64,000 nucleotides of DNA, taken from an uncultured bacterium. Lineage in GTDB: Bacteria; Patescibacteriota; JACMRA01. The stretch lies in the NCBI GenBank assembly GCA_963784355.1, contig CAWAQU010000012.1, positions 96,001 through 160,000 of the forward strand. Direction: 5' to 3'. A program made the translations under genes and the position numbers. This document shows, piece after piece, positions 38,884 through 48,182 of this stretch (position 1 is the first letter of the stretch; each line of letters begins with the position of its first letter). The notes under the pieces are model-generated. The model was given only the letters and a program-made list of their open reading frames with translations, was not told the origin of the DNA and made no database searches.

Positions 38884-39835
38884 TTTTTACTTTTTGTGTT
38901 AATTTCACCCTAAAAATATTGCCCTTTTGCTCAATTTTTAATTCAAATCCAGTTTTCTCAGCCAATTCACGGCAAGTGTTTAATCCAGTACTACTCTGGT
39001 ATTCTTCTGATTTACAAGGGTTGCTAAAAATGATACTTTTATTCTTTTCATCAATTTGTATGCTTAAGGTAGATTTAGCAGGAAAAGCATGTTTAAGGAC
39101 ATTTTCTATCAAGTGGTAGATTAGTTGTTGGAAATAGACAGATTTTGCTTTAAACGTGCCTGTATCATGTACATTTAATATAATCTCATTTGTATTGATA
39201 GGTTGCAAACTGTCCCAAGCATTTTGTATCATCTCATTTACATTTACCATTATCTCAACATCGTCATTTTGTCTACCAAGTAAAGTATTACTAAGCTGCT
39301 GCAATCTTTTAATTTCAGATAAAGCCTCCAAATGAACTTTTTTAATATTTTTCAAACTTTTTTCATCCTGCGATAAGCTTAATTCCGAATGCAATATTGC
39401 TAGAGGAGTCCTTAATTCGTGACTGGCGTTTGTAAGAAATTTCTCACGTTCCTGGATGCTCTTGGCTAGTGGTAGAAGCAAAAAGTATAATGCTATCCAA
39501 GTACAGAATGTAAAAAGACTCAAAAGCAGTATATTACTTATTAAAATTGCGTTTTGTACGCGGCGAAAATTTTCCGAGCGTCTTACTTCATCCTGCTCAC
39601 GTCTTTCGATGTTTTGTAGGGTAGGGGGTCTAGGGGCAATCATCTCCTGTCTTAACTGGCGTCGGTCCGCCTCAAAACCCATACGGGTAGTTTCCGAGAT
39701 ATTAGCTCCACTAAAAATCAAAACTAAACTTAAAAATAGGAAAACAAGTAATGTCAGCTTAATTCTGGTCTGTTGAAATTGTTTTGGAAGTTCTGAGCCT
39801 GTAACCGAGGCCGCGAGTTGTTGTAATGGGGTCAT
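38864..39835 (-). CDS. Sensor histidine kinase with degenerate ATPase domain
   Basis: Two TM helices, ASHELRTPL H-box, LIENVLKH N-box; no DxGxG box. Confidence 0.85.
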   Translation of the reverse strand: MTPLQQLAASVTGSELPKQFQQTRIKLTLLVFLFLSLVLIFSGANISETTRMGFEADRRQLRQEMIAPRPPTLQNIERREQDEVRRSENFRRVQNAILISNILLLSLFTFCTWIALYFLLLPLAKSIQEREKFLTNASHELRTPLAILHSELSLSQDEKSLKNIKKVHLEALSEIKRLQQLSNTLLGRQNDDVEIMVNVNEMIQNAWDSLQPINTNEIILNVHDTGTFKAKSVYFQQLIYHLIENVLKHAFPAKSTLSIQIDEKNKSIIFSNPCKSEEYQSSTGLNTCRELAEKTGFELKIEQKGNIFRVKLTQKVKSHNQVI

Positions 39836-40433
39836 AAGTAAATTTTTGGCGGATTGATTTTATATGTCTCTCAATTACGTTGGAGTAGGGGTTTGCGGAC
39901 TGATCATAAATAGCTCGAATCAAGCTGGTTCGAGATATCATTCTGCTTGGATGATCAAAAAAATATTTGAGTATTTTGTATTCTGTGGCTGTTAAATCTA
40001 CTGGTTCACCTTTTTCCAAAAACCTTTGATTTAGCCTATCTAGTTCAATTTCTCCAACCTTAAAATCCTCAGGTAAAGACCGTCTTAGTAAAGCATTGAT
40101 TCTGGCAATTAGTTCTGGCCATTCAAAAAATTTAGGTAAATAATCATCAGCCCCAAAATCCAGCCCGGTTACTTTATCATTTGTTTCACCCTTGGCGGTG
40201 AGCATCATTACGGGGGTAAGTAAATGCTGACTTCTCCAGTGCCGCAGTAAATCAATGCCAGAAAATCCGGGCAGCATCCAGTCAAGTAATACCAAATCAA
40301 ACTCACTGATATTTATAGCTCTTGCAACCAAGCCATTGTTGATTATTGTTGTATCAAAACCAGCCTGTTTCAAGCCTTTCTCAAGAGTTTTGGCCATTCT
40401 ATCTTCATCCTCTACAATTAATATGTGAGACAT
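39759..40433 (-). CDS. OmpR/PhoB-family response regulator
   Basis: ILIVEDE, LLDWMLPG, GADDYLPK, wHTH ending in TRGLGYR. Confidence 0.95.
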   Translation of the reverse strand: MSHILIVEDEDRMAKTLEKGLKQAGFDTTIINNGLVARAINISEFDLVLLDWMLPGFSGIDLLRHWRSQHLLTPVMMLTAKGETNDKVTGLDFGADDYLPKFFEWPELIARINALLRRSLPEDFKVGEIELDRLNQRFLEKGEPVDLTATEYKILKYFFDHPSRMISRTSLIRAIYDQSANPYSNVIERHIKSIRQKFTYDPITTTRGLGYRLRTSKTISTDQN

Positions 40434-40439
40434 AATTGA

Positions 40440-40471
40440 ATTATAGCCTATCTAAATGACTTTAAAATGAC
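40440..40471 (-). promoter_or_regulatory. GTCAT direct-repeat promoter (site 1, autoregulatory)
   Basis: GTCATTTTAAAGTCATTTAGATAGGC-TATAAT-6nt-ATG on the minus strand. Confidence 0.7.
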
Positions 40472-40552
40472 AAGGCTTGAATTAATATGCAAAAAATAAA
40501 TGCTACATTTAAGTAGCAAATACTTTTACAGGTGAAGGATATTCAAATGGTT

Positions 40553-40729
40553 TTATTTATCCTCTTCTATATCCTCATTTTCCAAACTTTGTGTAAATTC
40601 ATCTATTTTTGCTTTAACGTATGGAATTGCAACAATTATTGCCGCCGCCCTTCTTAATTCTTCTCTATTTTTCTCTTCCTTTGATTTTTCTTGATTGTTA
40701 ATCTTTTTCTTAGGCGGTTGTTCGTTCAT
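40553..40729 (-). CDS. Small hypothetical protein (58 aa)
   Basis: Below the ORF-track cutoff. MNEQPPKKKINNQEK...EEDK starts 5 nt after the upstream stop. Confidence 0.5.
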   Translation of the reverse strand: MNEQPPKKKINNQEKSKEEKNREELRRAAAIIVAIPYVKAKIDEFTQSLENEDIEEDK

Positions 40730-40734
40730 ATAAA

Positions 40735-42384
40735 TTATTTTTTAGATTTAAAAAAGTTATTAAACTTTGAAAATACATTTGATTGTTCTTTTTCTTTTGA
40801 CTTAGCGATTGCAGACAAGTTTACACCGTTAACTAATTGTCGCATTATAAAGCTATTTTTAGTGTTTTTAAATTTATCTGATGTGGCGTAAGCAAGAAAT
40901 AGATTTACAATCAAGAAATTTTTATCGTTGGGACTATATAGTTTTTCTCCACCAGGATAGTTTGAGCTATCAAGCATTGTAAACAAGTCTTCAAATACTA
41001 TTTCGAATTTTTCCAGACATGAGTCAAAAACTTGGTCATACACATTTTCTATTCCTAGATTTTTTTTCCATGTTTTTTGACCGTAGGTACTCCTATACAC
41101 TAATTTTAACATATCGTCAAGACTGAAGTCTTCGCCTGTTTCATTTACAAAATGGTATGTATTCAACTTCTTCCATACAAAATTTAAGAAATCATTGGAC
41201 ACTTCTTTTAATTCAGCTAGTACATTTTTGTAATTCTGACTATCTGATGTAGATACTACAAAATGTGTTGCTTTTTTAAAAGAGTTTAAAAATTTAACTG
41301 GGGAGTTTTTATTTGATTCTCTGAGGTAAGTTACAAATTCTTGGTATCCCGGCAACTCTTTAATATTGATAGAAAGCTCCTCTTGAGGCATAAATTCTTT
41401 TGGTGAATGCTTAGGTAGATCTTGATTTGTTGTAAATTCTAATGAATTTTGCTCTTGTGGTGCTTTTTGAGACTCTTGAGTTGCTTTAAAATTTGACGCG
41501 TTGTTAGTTTTAATGGTCTTTGTCGCAAAAGAAGCAAATTTTCTGTTTTTATCATTTTCCAATTGCTTTTTGTATTCTTTTTCTTTCTCTAATTGTTCTT
41601 CTTTTAGTCGATTTGCTTTGTCTTGATTCATTTTATTTGTTTCGCGCTCCTCAATAAATTTGCCAAAGATAGGAATAAACTTAACAGATGACTTCATGGA
41701 ATCAGGGGATGATTCAATTATATCACTATGTAACTTAAAAATTTCTCCAAAATCAGAACTGTATTCAGTATTACTATAAAGAATCTCTGGTAATTTTTCA
41801 TTTAAAGCCTGGTTTATAGCTAAATTTGCAATTTTTTTTGAATCAGTAATTTCTTTAGTTTTTGAATACTCATTAATAATTTTTCTAGCCCTTTGCTGAA
41901 TGGATATATCAGATTTCCAAATATTTTTAGTTGTGTTAGCTACCGCTATATCTATTAATTTTAGAATATAAAGTCTATCGGCAAATTTTTCGGTATCTTT
42001 ATTTCTTTTAATATTGATCAGTTCATGTAAAATCTGATTTTGAAATAAATTATGAAATTCTTTGGATTTCAATATTGTAATTTTATTTTCAGCAAATATT
42101 TGAGGTAACGCATCTACCGCGTCTGGATATTTTAACATGATTTCGTGTTTGTGATCTTCAAATACTTGATCTTTAGTATCTTTAAATGACAATATTTTAT
42201 TGCTGCGTTCAGCTGTTTTTATTCTTTTATTGATTTCAACGTTGTATTTGGAATTAGGGCCATCTATTTGATTTACCATCCAACTTTTAGCATTTTCTTC
42301 TAATTTTTTAATAACAATCTTTACAGTTTCTATCTTTATAGCTTCAGGATTATTTTTGTTAGGGTTGTTGGTTTGCTCATTCAT
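40735..42384 (-). CDS. Large hypothetical protein (ORFan)
   Basis: Long K/N/E-rich frame; ATG 42384 (MNEQTNNP). Confidence 0.65.
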   Translation of the reverse strand: MNEQTNNPNKNNPEAIKIETVKIVIKKLEENAKSWMVNQIDGPNSKYNVEINKRIKTAERSNKILSFKDTKDQVFEDHKHEIMLKYPDAVDALPQIFAENKITILKSKEFHNLFQNQILHELINIKRNKDTEKFADRLYILKLIDIAVANTTKNIWKSDISIQQRARKIINEYSKTKEITDSKKIANLAINQALNEKLPEILYSNTEYSSDFGEIFKLHSDIIESSPDSMKSSVKFIPIFGKFIEERETNKMNQDKANRLKEEQLEKEKEYKKQLENDKNRKFASFATKTIKTNNASNFKATQESQKAPQEQNSLEFTTNQDLPKHSPKEFMPQEELSINIKELPGYQEFVTYLRESNKNSPVKFLNSFKKATHFVVSTSDSQNYKNVLAELKEVSNDFLNFVWKKLNTYHFVNETGEDFSLDDMLKLVYRSTYGQKTWKKNLGIENVYDQVFDSCLEKFEIVFEDLFTMLDSSNYPGGEKLYSPNDKNFLIVNLFLAYATSDKFKNTKNSFIMRQLVNGVNLSAIAKSKEKEQSNVFSKFNNFFKSKK

Positions 42385-42522
42385 AAATTGGTATTTTTTA
42401 TTTTTGTTTGAATTTTTTATGCAGGGTATTATTGCATACGTTTTGTTTTTATACAAATACTTAACCAGCAGAGCAGGCTTAAATTGACAAATTTTGTCTA
42501 AACAGGCTAACTTTCAGTAGTA

Positions 42523-42622
42523 ATTAAATAAATTATGCTTTGCCCAGTTTGTAAAATCCCATTGAAATTAACATTAAATAAATTATGCTTTGCCCAGTTT
42601 GTAAAATCCCATTGAAATTAAC
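42523..42622 (+). repeat. Perfect 50-bp tandem duplication covering a gene start
   Basis: 42523-42572 is identical to 42573-42622. Confidence 0.95.
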
Positions 42623-42893
42623 TTTTAGAGAGGATATTGAAATTGACTATTGTGAGCAGTGTAGGGGTGTTTGGTTAGATAGGGGTGAGCTTGATAAATT
42701 AATTGAAAAGTCAAAAAAATACGACAATCATACCTATAGTCAATCAGCTCCTGTACAACCTCAGCAAGTAAATGATCACCATTATGCTGAACATAGAGAC
42801 GATAAAAACCACCACAACCAATATCCACAACATGGCAAACCTCATAAAAAGAAAGATTCTTTTCTAGGGGATGTGTTTGATATCTTTGGTTAA
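42585..42893 (+). CDS. zf-TFIIB zinc-ribbon protein
   Basis: CPVC...IDYCEQCRGVWLDRGELDK, with a KKKDSFLGDVFD tail. Confidence 0.9.
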   Translation: MLCPVCKIPLKLTFREDIEIDYCEQCRGVWLDRGELDKLIEKSKKYDNHTYSQSAPVQPQQVNDHHYAEHRDDKNHHNQYPQHGKPHKKKDSFLGDVFDIFG

Positions 42894-43018
42894 TCAAAGT
42901 GCTTTAAGTAATACTTACCTTTTAAAAAGGAAGACAATGGGCTTAAGATAGTCCGAAATTTTGTTATACCAAGTCACTTGGCACAAATTGATATATTAAA
43001 GCTCTTAGCCAAAGAAAA

Positions 43019-43246
43019 TTAATCCACTTTTTCTACTTCGCTGGACAGTTTCAAAACTTTATCTCCATCCTTTTGCTTGATCAATAGTGCCGGATTTTTT
43101 GAGCTTCCGTGTCTTGTAATTGTGCTGTCTTTAATTTCTTTTTCAATATCTTTTTCGTAAATCTCCATAACCTTTCCCTAAGCAGTTCCATTCCCCCATT
43201 TCCAAGATACTAAATCACCTTTTTGAATTTTATTTTTATTAGTCAT
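43019..43246 (-). pseudogene. DUF2945-like small protein with in-frame TAG
   Basis: KGDLVSWKWGNGTA*GKVMEIY...ITRHGSSKNPALLIKQKDGDKVLKLSSEV; TAG at 43180-43178. Confidence 0.75.
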
Positions 43247-43558
43247 AGTAACTGCAGCTTAAAAAATTTCGATGCTTTTCGTCAATAATTTTTGTGTTTA
43301 ATGTAGTTCTAGAATTACAAAGTATTTTTCAGACATTATCAATTTGATACGCCTACCTTTTTAAACAACTAGATAACATAAGGCTGGCTGATCTGATTAT
43401 TATAGTTATACGAAGTAAATTTGATATTATTTTTACTAATTATGGATAGTTATAAGGCTACATTTGTATTATAAAAGTAGCAATTTAATTATTTCATATA
43501 TCATTCATATTCTAAAAAGTGAATTGACAAAAGGTAATAAACTTTTTATATTCTATAC

Positions 43559-44167
43559 ATGTCTACAAACGATTTTAGATATCTCGAGCAGCGGCTTTTA
43601 GACGAGTTTAGCAAGCCTATGCATATGGGTATTTCTGAGCTTGCTACTGAGCTTGGCATGAAAGACAATACAACACTTTTGTACCATATTCGTAAGCTTG
43701 TGAATGCAGGGTTCTTAATTAAGCTAAAGAAGGGAAGTTATAAAACATTGTTGAGTGTGAATACCGTAAATAGTAACATAATGGAAATACCCTTTTTTGG
43801 TAATGCCAGATGTGGAGATGGGGGAGAGTTACTTGAAGATTATCCTGACTACTATCTTCCAATGAGCACTCAAATGGTAAAACACAACTCTAAAGAATTA
43901 TTTGCCTTGAAAGCTATAGGAGATTCTATGCGACCTGTAATTACTGAGGGTGATACTATTATTGCTGAAAAATATACAAGTAATGTACCTGATAAAAAAA
44001 GTTTTTATGTGGTTACAAATAACCAAGAAGTATTGATAAAAAGAGTTTTATTTTCTAAAGATGGTAGCTTTTTACTTTCTACCAACCCTGAACACTTACC
44101 GATTCCTATTAATAAGGAAAATTTCAACATTGTCGGAAAAGTAGTAGGAGTATATAAAAATTTTTAA
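43559..44167 (+). CDS. lexA: LexA-like repressor (wHTH + S24 peptidase)
   Basis: N-terminal wHTH, GDSM Ser, LIKR Lys, IVGKVVG; putative cleavage site RCG. Confidence 0.8.
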   Translation: MSTNDFRYLEQRLLDEFSKPMHMGISELATELGMKDNTTLLYHIRKLVNAGFLIKLKKGSYKTLLSVNTVNSNIMEIPFFGNARCGDGGELLEDYPDYYLPMSTQMVKHNSKELFALKAIGDSMRPVITEGDTIIAEKYTSNVPDKKSFYVVTNNQEVLIKRVLFSKDGSFLLSTNPEHLPIPINKENFNIVGKVVGVYKNF

Positions 44168-44204
44168 TAAATATTATGATTTACCAGACTAATTAACAAT
44201 ACTT

Positions 44205-44600
44205 ATGCCTACAGACACAAAAAATTTCTCACTATGGGTTAATCAAAAGACTGAATTAGAGCAAAATCTGTCCAGATTAAACTTTAGGGAAAGAGAAGTT
44301 TGGTCTTGTTACTGGGGCTGTAATATTGGATATGAATTAGATGGTAAAAGTGATTTTCTCCGCCCTATTTTAATTATTAAAAAAGTGAGCCCTGAGACTT
44401 TTTTGGCAGTACCTCTTACTAGTAGATTAAAAGATGGCTCCTGGTACCACAAGAGTAATGTTGAGGGTAAAGAAGGAAGGTTTGTATTGCCGCAAATTAG
44501 AATGGTTGATGCAAAGCGGTTAAAATATTTTATTTCCAGGTTAAATGAAACTGACTTTAAAAGTGTCCGGCAAGCCTTTATAAAATTCATTATCTCTTAA
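44205..44600 (+). CDS. PemK/MazF-family endoribonuclease
   Basis: GCNIGYELDGK, RPILII, AVPLTS, QIRMVDAKRL. Confidence 0.88.
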   Translation: MPTDTKNFSLWVNQKTELEQNLSRLNFREREVWSCYWGCNIGYELDGKSDFLRPILIIKKVSPETFLAVPLTSRLKDGSWYHKSNVEGKEGRFVLPQIRMVDAKRLKYFISRLNETDFKSVRQAFIKFIIS

Positions 44601-44620
44601 AGTGTTGACTGAAATTAGGC

Positions 44621-44671
44621 AAAAAAAATACCTCCCGGTTGAGAGGAGGATCGGACTTACGTCAAAACTAC
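44621..44671 (-). ncRNA. Putative ~50-nt sRNA convergent with the PemK/MazF gene
   Basis: TTGACA(44705-44700)-17-TAATAT promoter, GAC-GUAA-GUC hairpin, CCUCC...GGAGG-UAUUUUUUUU terminator. Confidence 0.6.
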
Positions 44672-44900
44672 TTTTAATATTAGATTAAAATAATGAATTT
44701 GTCAAATATAAAATACTGAGCCTAAGGCAATTATATTCAAATAGAAATAAGGCTTAATAAAAAAAGATGGTCTATCAGACCAGTAAAATCAAGAGTATAA
44801 TCTACTGTAGAGCTTGACTACATTTATTTTAAACATCCATATTAGCCTAGATAAAAAACTAAAAAATATATTACCAAAATAATACATAACACAAAAATTT

Positions 44901-46973
44901 ATGATTACAAACTTTTTTAAAACTATTTTAACAGCTGCCCTAATTTTATTAATAGGAGTAGGCCTGTTTCCAGTTCAGGCAAAAGCTATGAGTGCTAACT
45001 GGCAAAAAGGAATCAGTATATATCCAGCTAACCAAACCGTTTATGGTAGTAGTGATTTTAGACAATCTCTTTCAAACTACGCACAAACTGGAGGCAATTT
45101 TTTCAATTTTGTGGTACCATACTATCAGGCTAACAAGTACTCAAGCGATTTTTACCCTGGAAATAGTACACCTACTGATGAATCTTTGATTTCAGGTATC
45201 AATTATGCGAAAAGTTTGGGTTTGCAAACTGGTATTAAAATATTTGCAGAGATAAGCAATGGTGACTGGAGAGCAGCGATAGAAGCAAGTAATAACCTGG
45301 CCTGGTTTAGCAATTATGGTAAAATTGTTACAAAATATGGCCAGCTGGGTCAGCAATATGGGGTCGAGATAATAACTATCGGCACAGAAATGATAGGTAT
45401 GTCAATTCCCTCGAAAAATAGTAACAATACCCAGGGCTGGCTTGATATTATTGCAAATACCAGAAAAGTTTATTCGGGTAAATTAACTTATGGCGCTACA
45501 CACCTTGGTGGGCAGGATGATGAAAAAAATCTGATTCAGTTTTGGCCACAATTGGATTACATAGGTATTACAGCCTATTTTCAGCTAGCGGATAGTGATA
45601 TAGGAAATCCGGGGGTAGATTATTTCAAAAACGTTTGGAATACAATAAACAATGAGCAAATAAAACCGCTCTACACTAAGTACAATAAGCCCATTATATT
45701 TGCTGAGGTGGGTTACGAAAGTATTAACGCTAGCTATATTAATCCAGGGGATTATACAAGAGATGGTCCGGTAAATACTGAACTTCAAGCCACACTATAT
45801 GAGGCCCTATTTTCATATTTTAGTAATTACGATTATATTGCGGGTATACATTTATGGGAGTGGAATAGTAATCCTAACACTGGAGGTATAGGCAATAAAG
45901 ATTTTACCCCTCAAAATAAGCCAGCTCAAAAAGTAATGGAATCTTGGTTTAAATTTGGATCAAGTCCTACAAAATTAAGCTTTCAATCAACCACAACAGT
46001 ACCAACTACAACCCCAACTCTAAATCAACCTGTACAAGTAAATAATGTAATCAAAAATACATCAACCTCAGCAGGATCATCTTTAGTAGATATTGAAATA
46101 TACAACCAACAAGGACAAAAAGTATTTCAACAATACTATGAAAATCAAGGCTTTACAGCAAATGAATCAAAAAACTACAACGTAACCTACACTCCAACAA
46201 CTACAGGTACATATACAGTTAAAGTAGGAGTATTTGGAAGTGGTTGGAATCCTAATTACATCTGGGATGATAAGGCTGTTGAGTTTAATGTAACTAATCA
46301 AATTGTAGCTCCTCTGAAATTCACATCAACCACAACAGTACCAACTACAACCCCAACTCTAAATCAACCTGTACAAGTAAATAATGTAATCAAAAATACA
46401 TCAACCTCAGCAGGATCATCTTTAGTAGATATTGAAATATACAACCAACAAGGACAAAAAGTATTTCAACAATACTATGAAAATCAAGGCTTTACAGCAA
46501 ATGAATCAAAAAACTACAACGTAACCTACACTCCAACAACTACAGGTACATATACAGTTAAAGTAGGAGTATTTGGAAGTGGTTGGAATCCTAATTACAT
46601 CTGGGATGATAAGGCTGTTGAGTTTAATGTAACTAATCAAATTGTAGCTCCTCTGAAATTCACATCAACCACAACAGTACCAACTACAACCCCAACTCTA
46701 AATCAACCTGTACAAGTAAATAATGTAATCAAAAATACATCAACCTCAGCAGGATCATCTTTAGTAGATATTGAAATATACAACCAACAAGGACAAAAAG
46801 TATTTCAACAATACTATGAAAATCAAGGCTTTACAGCAAATGAATCAAAAAACTACAACGTAACCTACACTCCAACAACTACAGGTACATATACAGTTAA
46901 AGTAGGAGTATTTGGAAGTGGTTGGAATCCTAATTACATCTGGGATGATAAGGCTGTTGAGTTTAGAATATAA
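44901..46973 (+). CDS. Secreted GH113-like glycoside hydrolase with three Ig-like repeats
   Basis: Signal peptide AKA, WRAAI, IGTEM and FAEVGYES Glu motifs, LDYIGITAYF, FTPQNKPA. Confidence 0.8.
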   Translation: MITNFFKTILTAALILLIGVGLFPVQAKAMSANWQKGISIYPANQTVYGSSDFRQSLSNYAQTGGNFFNFVVPYYQANKYSSDFYPGNSTPTDESLISGINYAKSLGLQTGIKIFAEISNGDWRAAIEASNNLAWFSNYGKIVTKYGQLGQQYGVEIITIGTEMIGMSIPSKNSNNTQGWLDIIANTRKVYSGKLTYGATHLGGQDDEKNLIQFWPQLDYIGITAYFQLADSDIGNPGVDYFKNVWNTINNEQIKPLYTKYNKPIIFAEVGYESINASYINPGDYTRDGPVNTELQATLYEALFSYFSNYDYIAGIHLWEWNSNPNTGGIGNKDFTPQNKPAQKVMESWFKFGSSPTKLSFQSTTTVPTTTPTLNQPVQVNNVIKNTSTSAGSSLVDIEIYNQQGQKVFQQYYENQGFTANESKNYNVTYTPTTTGTYTVKVGVFGSGWNPNYIWDDKAVEFNVTNQIVAPLKFTSTTTVPTTTPTLNQPVQVNNVIKNTSTSAGSSLVDIEIYNQQGQKVFQQYYENQGFTANESKNYNVTYTPTTTGTYTVKVGVFGSGWNPNYIWDDKAVEFNVTNQIVAPLKFTSTTTVPTTTPTLNQPVQVNNVIKNTSTSAGSSLVDIEIYNQQGQKVFQQYYENQGFTANESKNYNVTYTPTTTGTYTVKVGVFGSGWNPNYIWDDKAVEFRI
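45986..46965 (+). repeat. 339-bp tandem repeat, about 2.9 copies that read as identical
   Basis: Units begin at 45986, 46325 and 46664; each encodes a 113-aa beta-rich module. Confidence 0.95.
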
Positions 46974-47013
46974 GGAATCCCAAATAGTAAAAAAACTTAA
47001 TAAGAAAAATACT

Positions 47014-48021
47014 TTAGGTTAACACCCAAGAAAGATATTCCTCTAAATGATTTAATCTTGAGGTAATTTGTTTAATCGTTTGGGGTATTTGAATGTGTGC
47101 AATTTCTTTTTCATCATTTGAAGAGTTAGATAATATTCGATTTAGATTAAATTCCAGCCAGCTGATATTATCTACTAAACTAAAATATAAAGCATCTTTA
47201 ATTAAATTTTTATCTACATCATTCGAGATAGTGTATGATTTAAAAATCTCTCTAAATATTAATTCATTTGTTTCTCCGGTCGGTTCACTAGACCAGTCAA
47301 AAGCTAACCGAACTAACTCAACCAGTGGATTTGTATAACCGGCACTTTCCCAATCAATTATTTGTGGTATACTTTGCTCAGTCCAGATAACGTTTTTTTT
47401 ATCTAAATCTCTGTGACTTAGTACAATTGTATTCTGCAGGTTGGTAATTGAGGTATTAACTAAATCAAAATTAATCCAATCTTTCATGTGCAGTATGAAA
47501 TCTATACAATCCTTTTTCCAGCTAAAATCGGTAAATTCTATTCTTGTTTTTAAGTCCAGCCAAGTTGCATAATTTATATTACTCGGTATTATATTAGGCG
47601 TATCAAATTGTAAATTAGATTTATGGATTTTAGCTAAAACTGAGGCGATTTTTTTTGCTGTTTCAACTGTGATTAAATCACTATCTGTCAAAACGGTGCC
47701 CTCTATCCAAGGGTAAACAATAAAAAACTTATCATGTATCTTTGAAACAAAGTTATCTTCTTTACCACTTTCTAAAGCAGGAATGGCTTCAACTCCTAAT
47801 GTTTTAAATTGTTTGGCAATTTTTTCACACCTATTCATATTTTGTATAAGACCCGGACGTAGCATAATTTCTGCATTTAATTCCTTAACTGCGTAGTTGC
47901 CTGTCTCTGTTTCCAGCATCCACATTTTGTGAATCAACCCTCCAGTTACTTTGGTAGGTAATTTAATAACTGATTTCAAATTATACTTAGTACAGACAAT
48001 ATTAGCCTCTTCTCCGGTCAT
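47014..48021 (-). CDS. APH/choline kinase-like phosphotransferase
   Basis: GGLIH loop, YAVK, HRDLDKKN, IIDWE. Confidence 0.88.
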   Translation of the reverse strand: MTGEEANIVCTKYNLKSVIKLPTKVTGGLIHKMWMLETETGNYAVKELNAEIMLRPGLIQNMNRCEKIAKQFKTLGVEAIPALESGKEDNFVSKIHDKFFIVYPWIEGTVLTDSDLITVETAKKIASVLAKIHKSNLQFDTPNIIPSNINYATWLDLKTRIEFTDFSWKKDCIDFILHMKDWINFDLVNTSITNLQNTIVLSHRDLDKKNVIWTEQSIPQIIDWESAGYTNPLVELVRLAFDWSSEPTGETNELIFREIFKSYTISNDVDKNLIKDALYFSLVDNISWLEFNLNRILSNSSNDEKEIAHIQIPQTIKQITSRLNHLEEYLSWVLT

Positions 48022-48182
48022 ATCATATATTATTTATGTTAGTTTTATCATTAAGAACAGAGATACTATAGCCAATGTTGTCAATTACTATATCCATATG
48101 ATGGTTCAATGTATGTGGCGTTACTACCATGATTCAAATGACTTTGACATAAATTAAGCTACGGTCAAAAATACCACAATCC

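Noticed and set aside
45986-46965. Long repeat as a CRISPR array or mobile element
   Set aside because: In-frame 339-bp coding repeats with no spacers; no cas or transposase genes.
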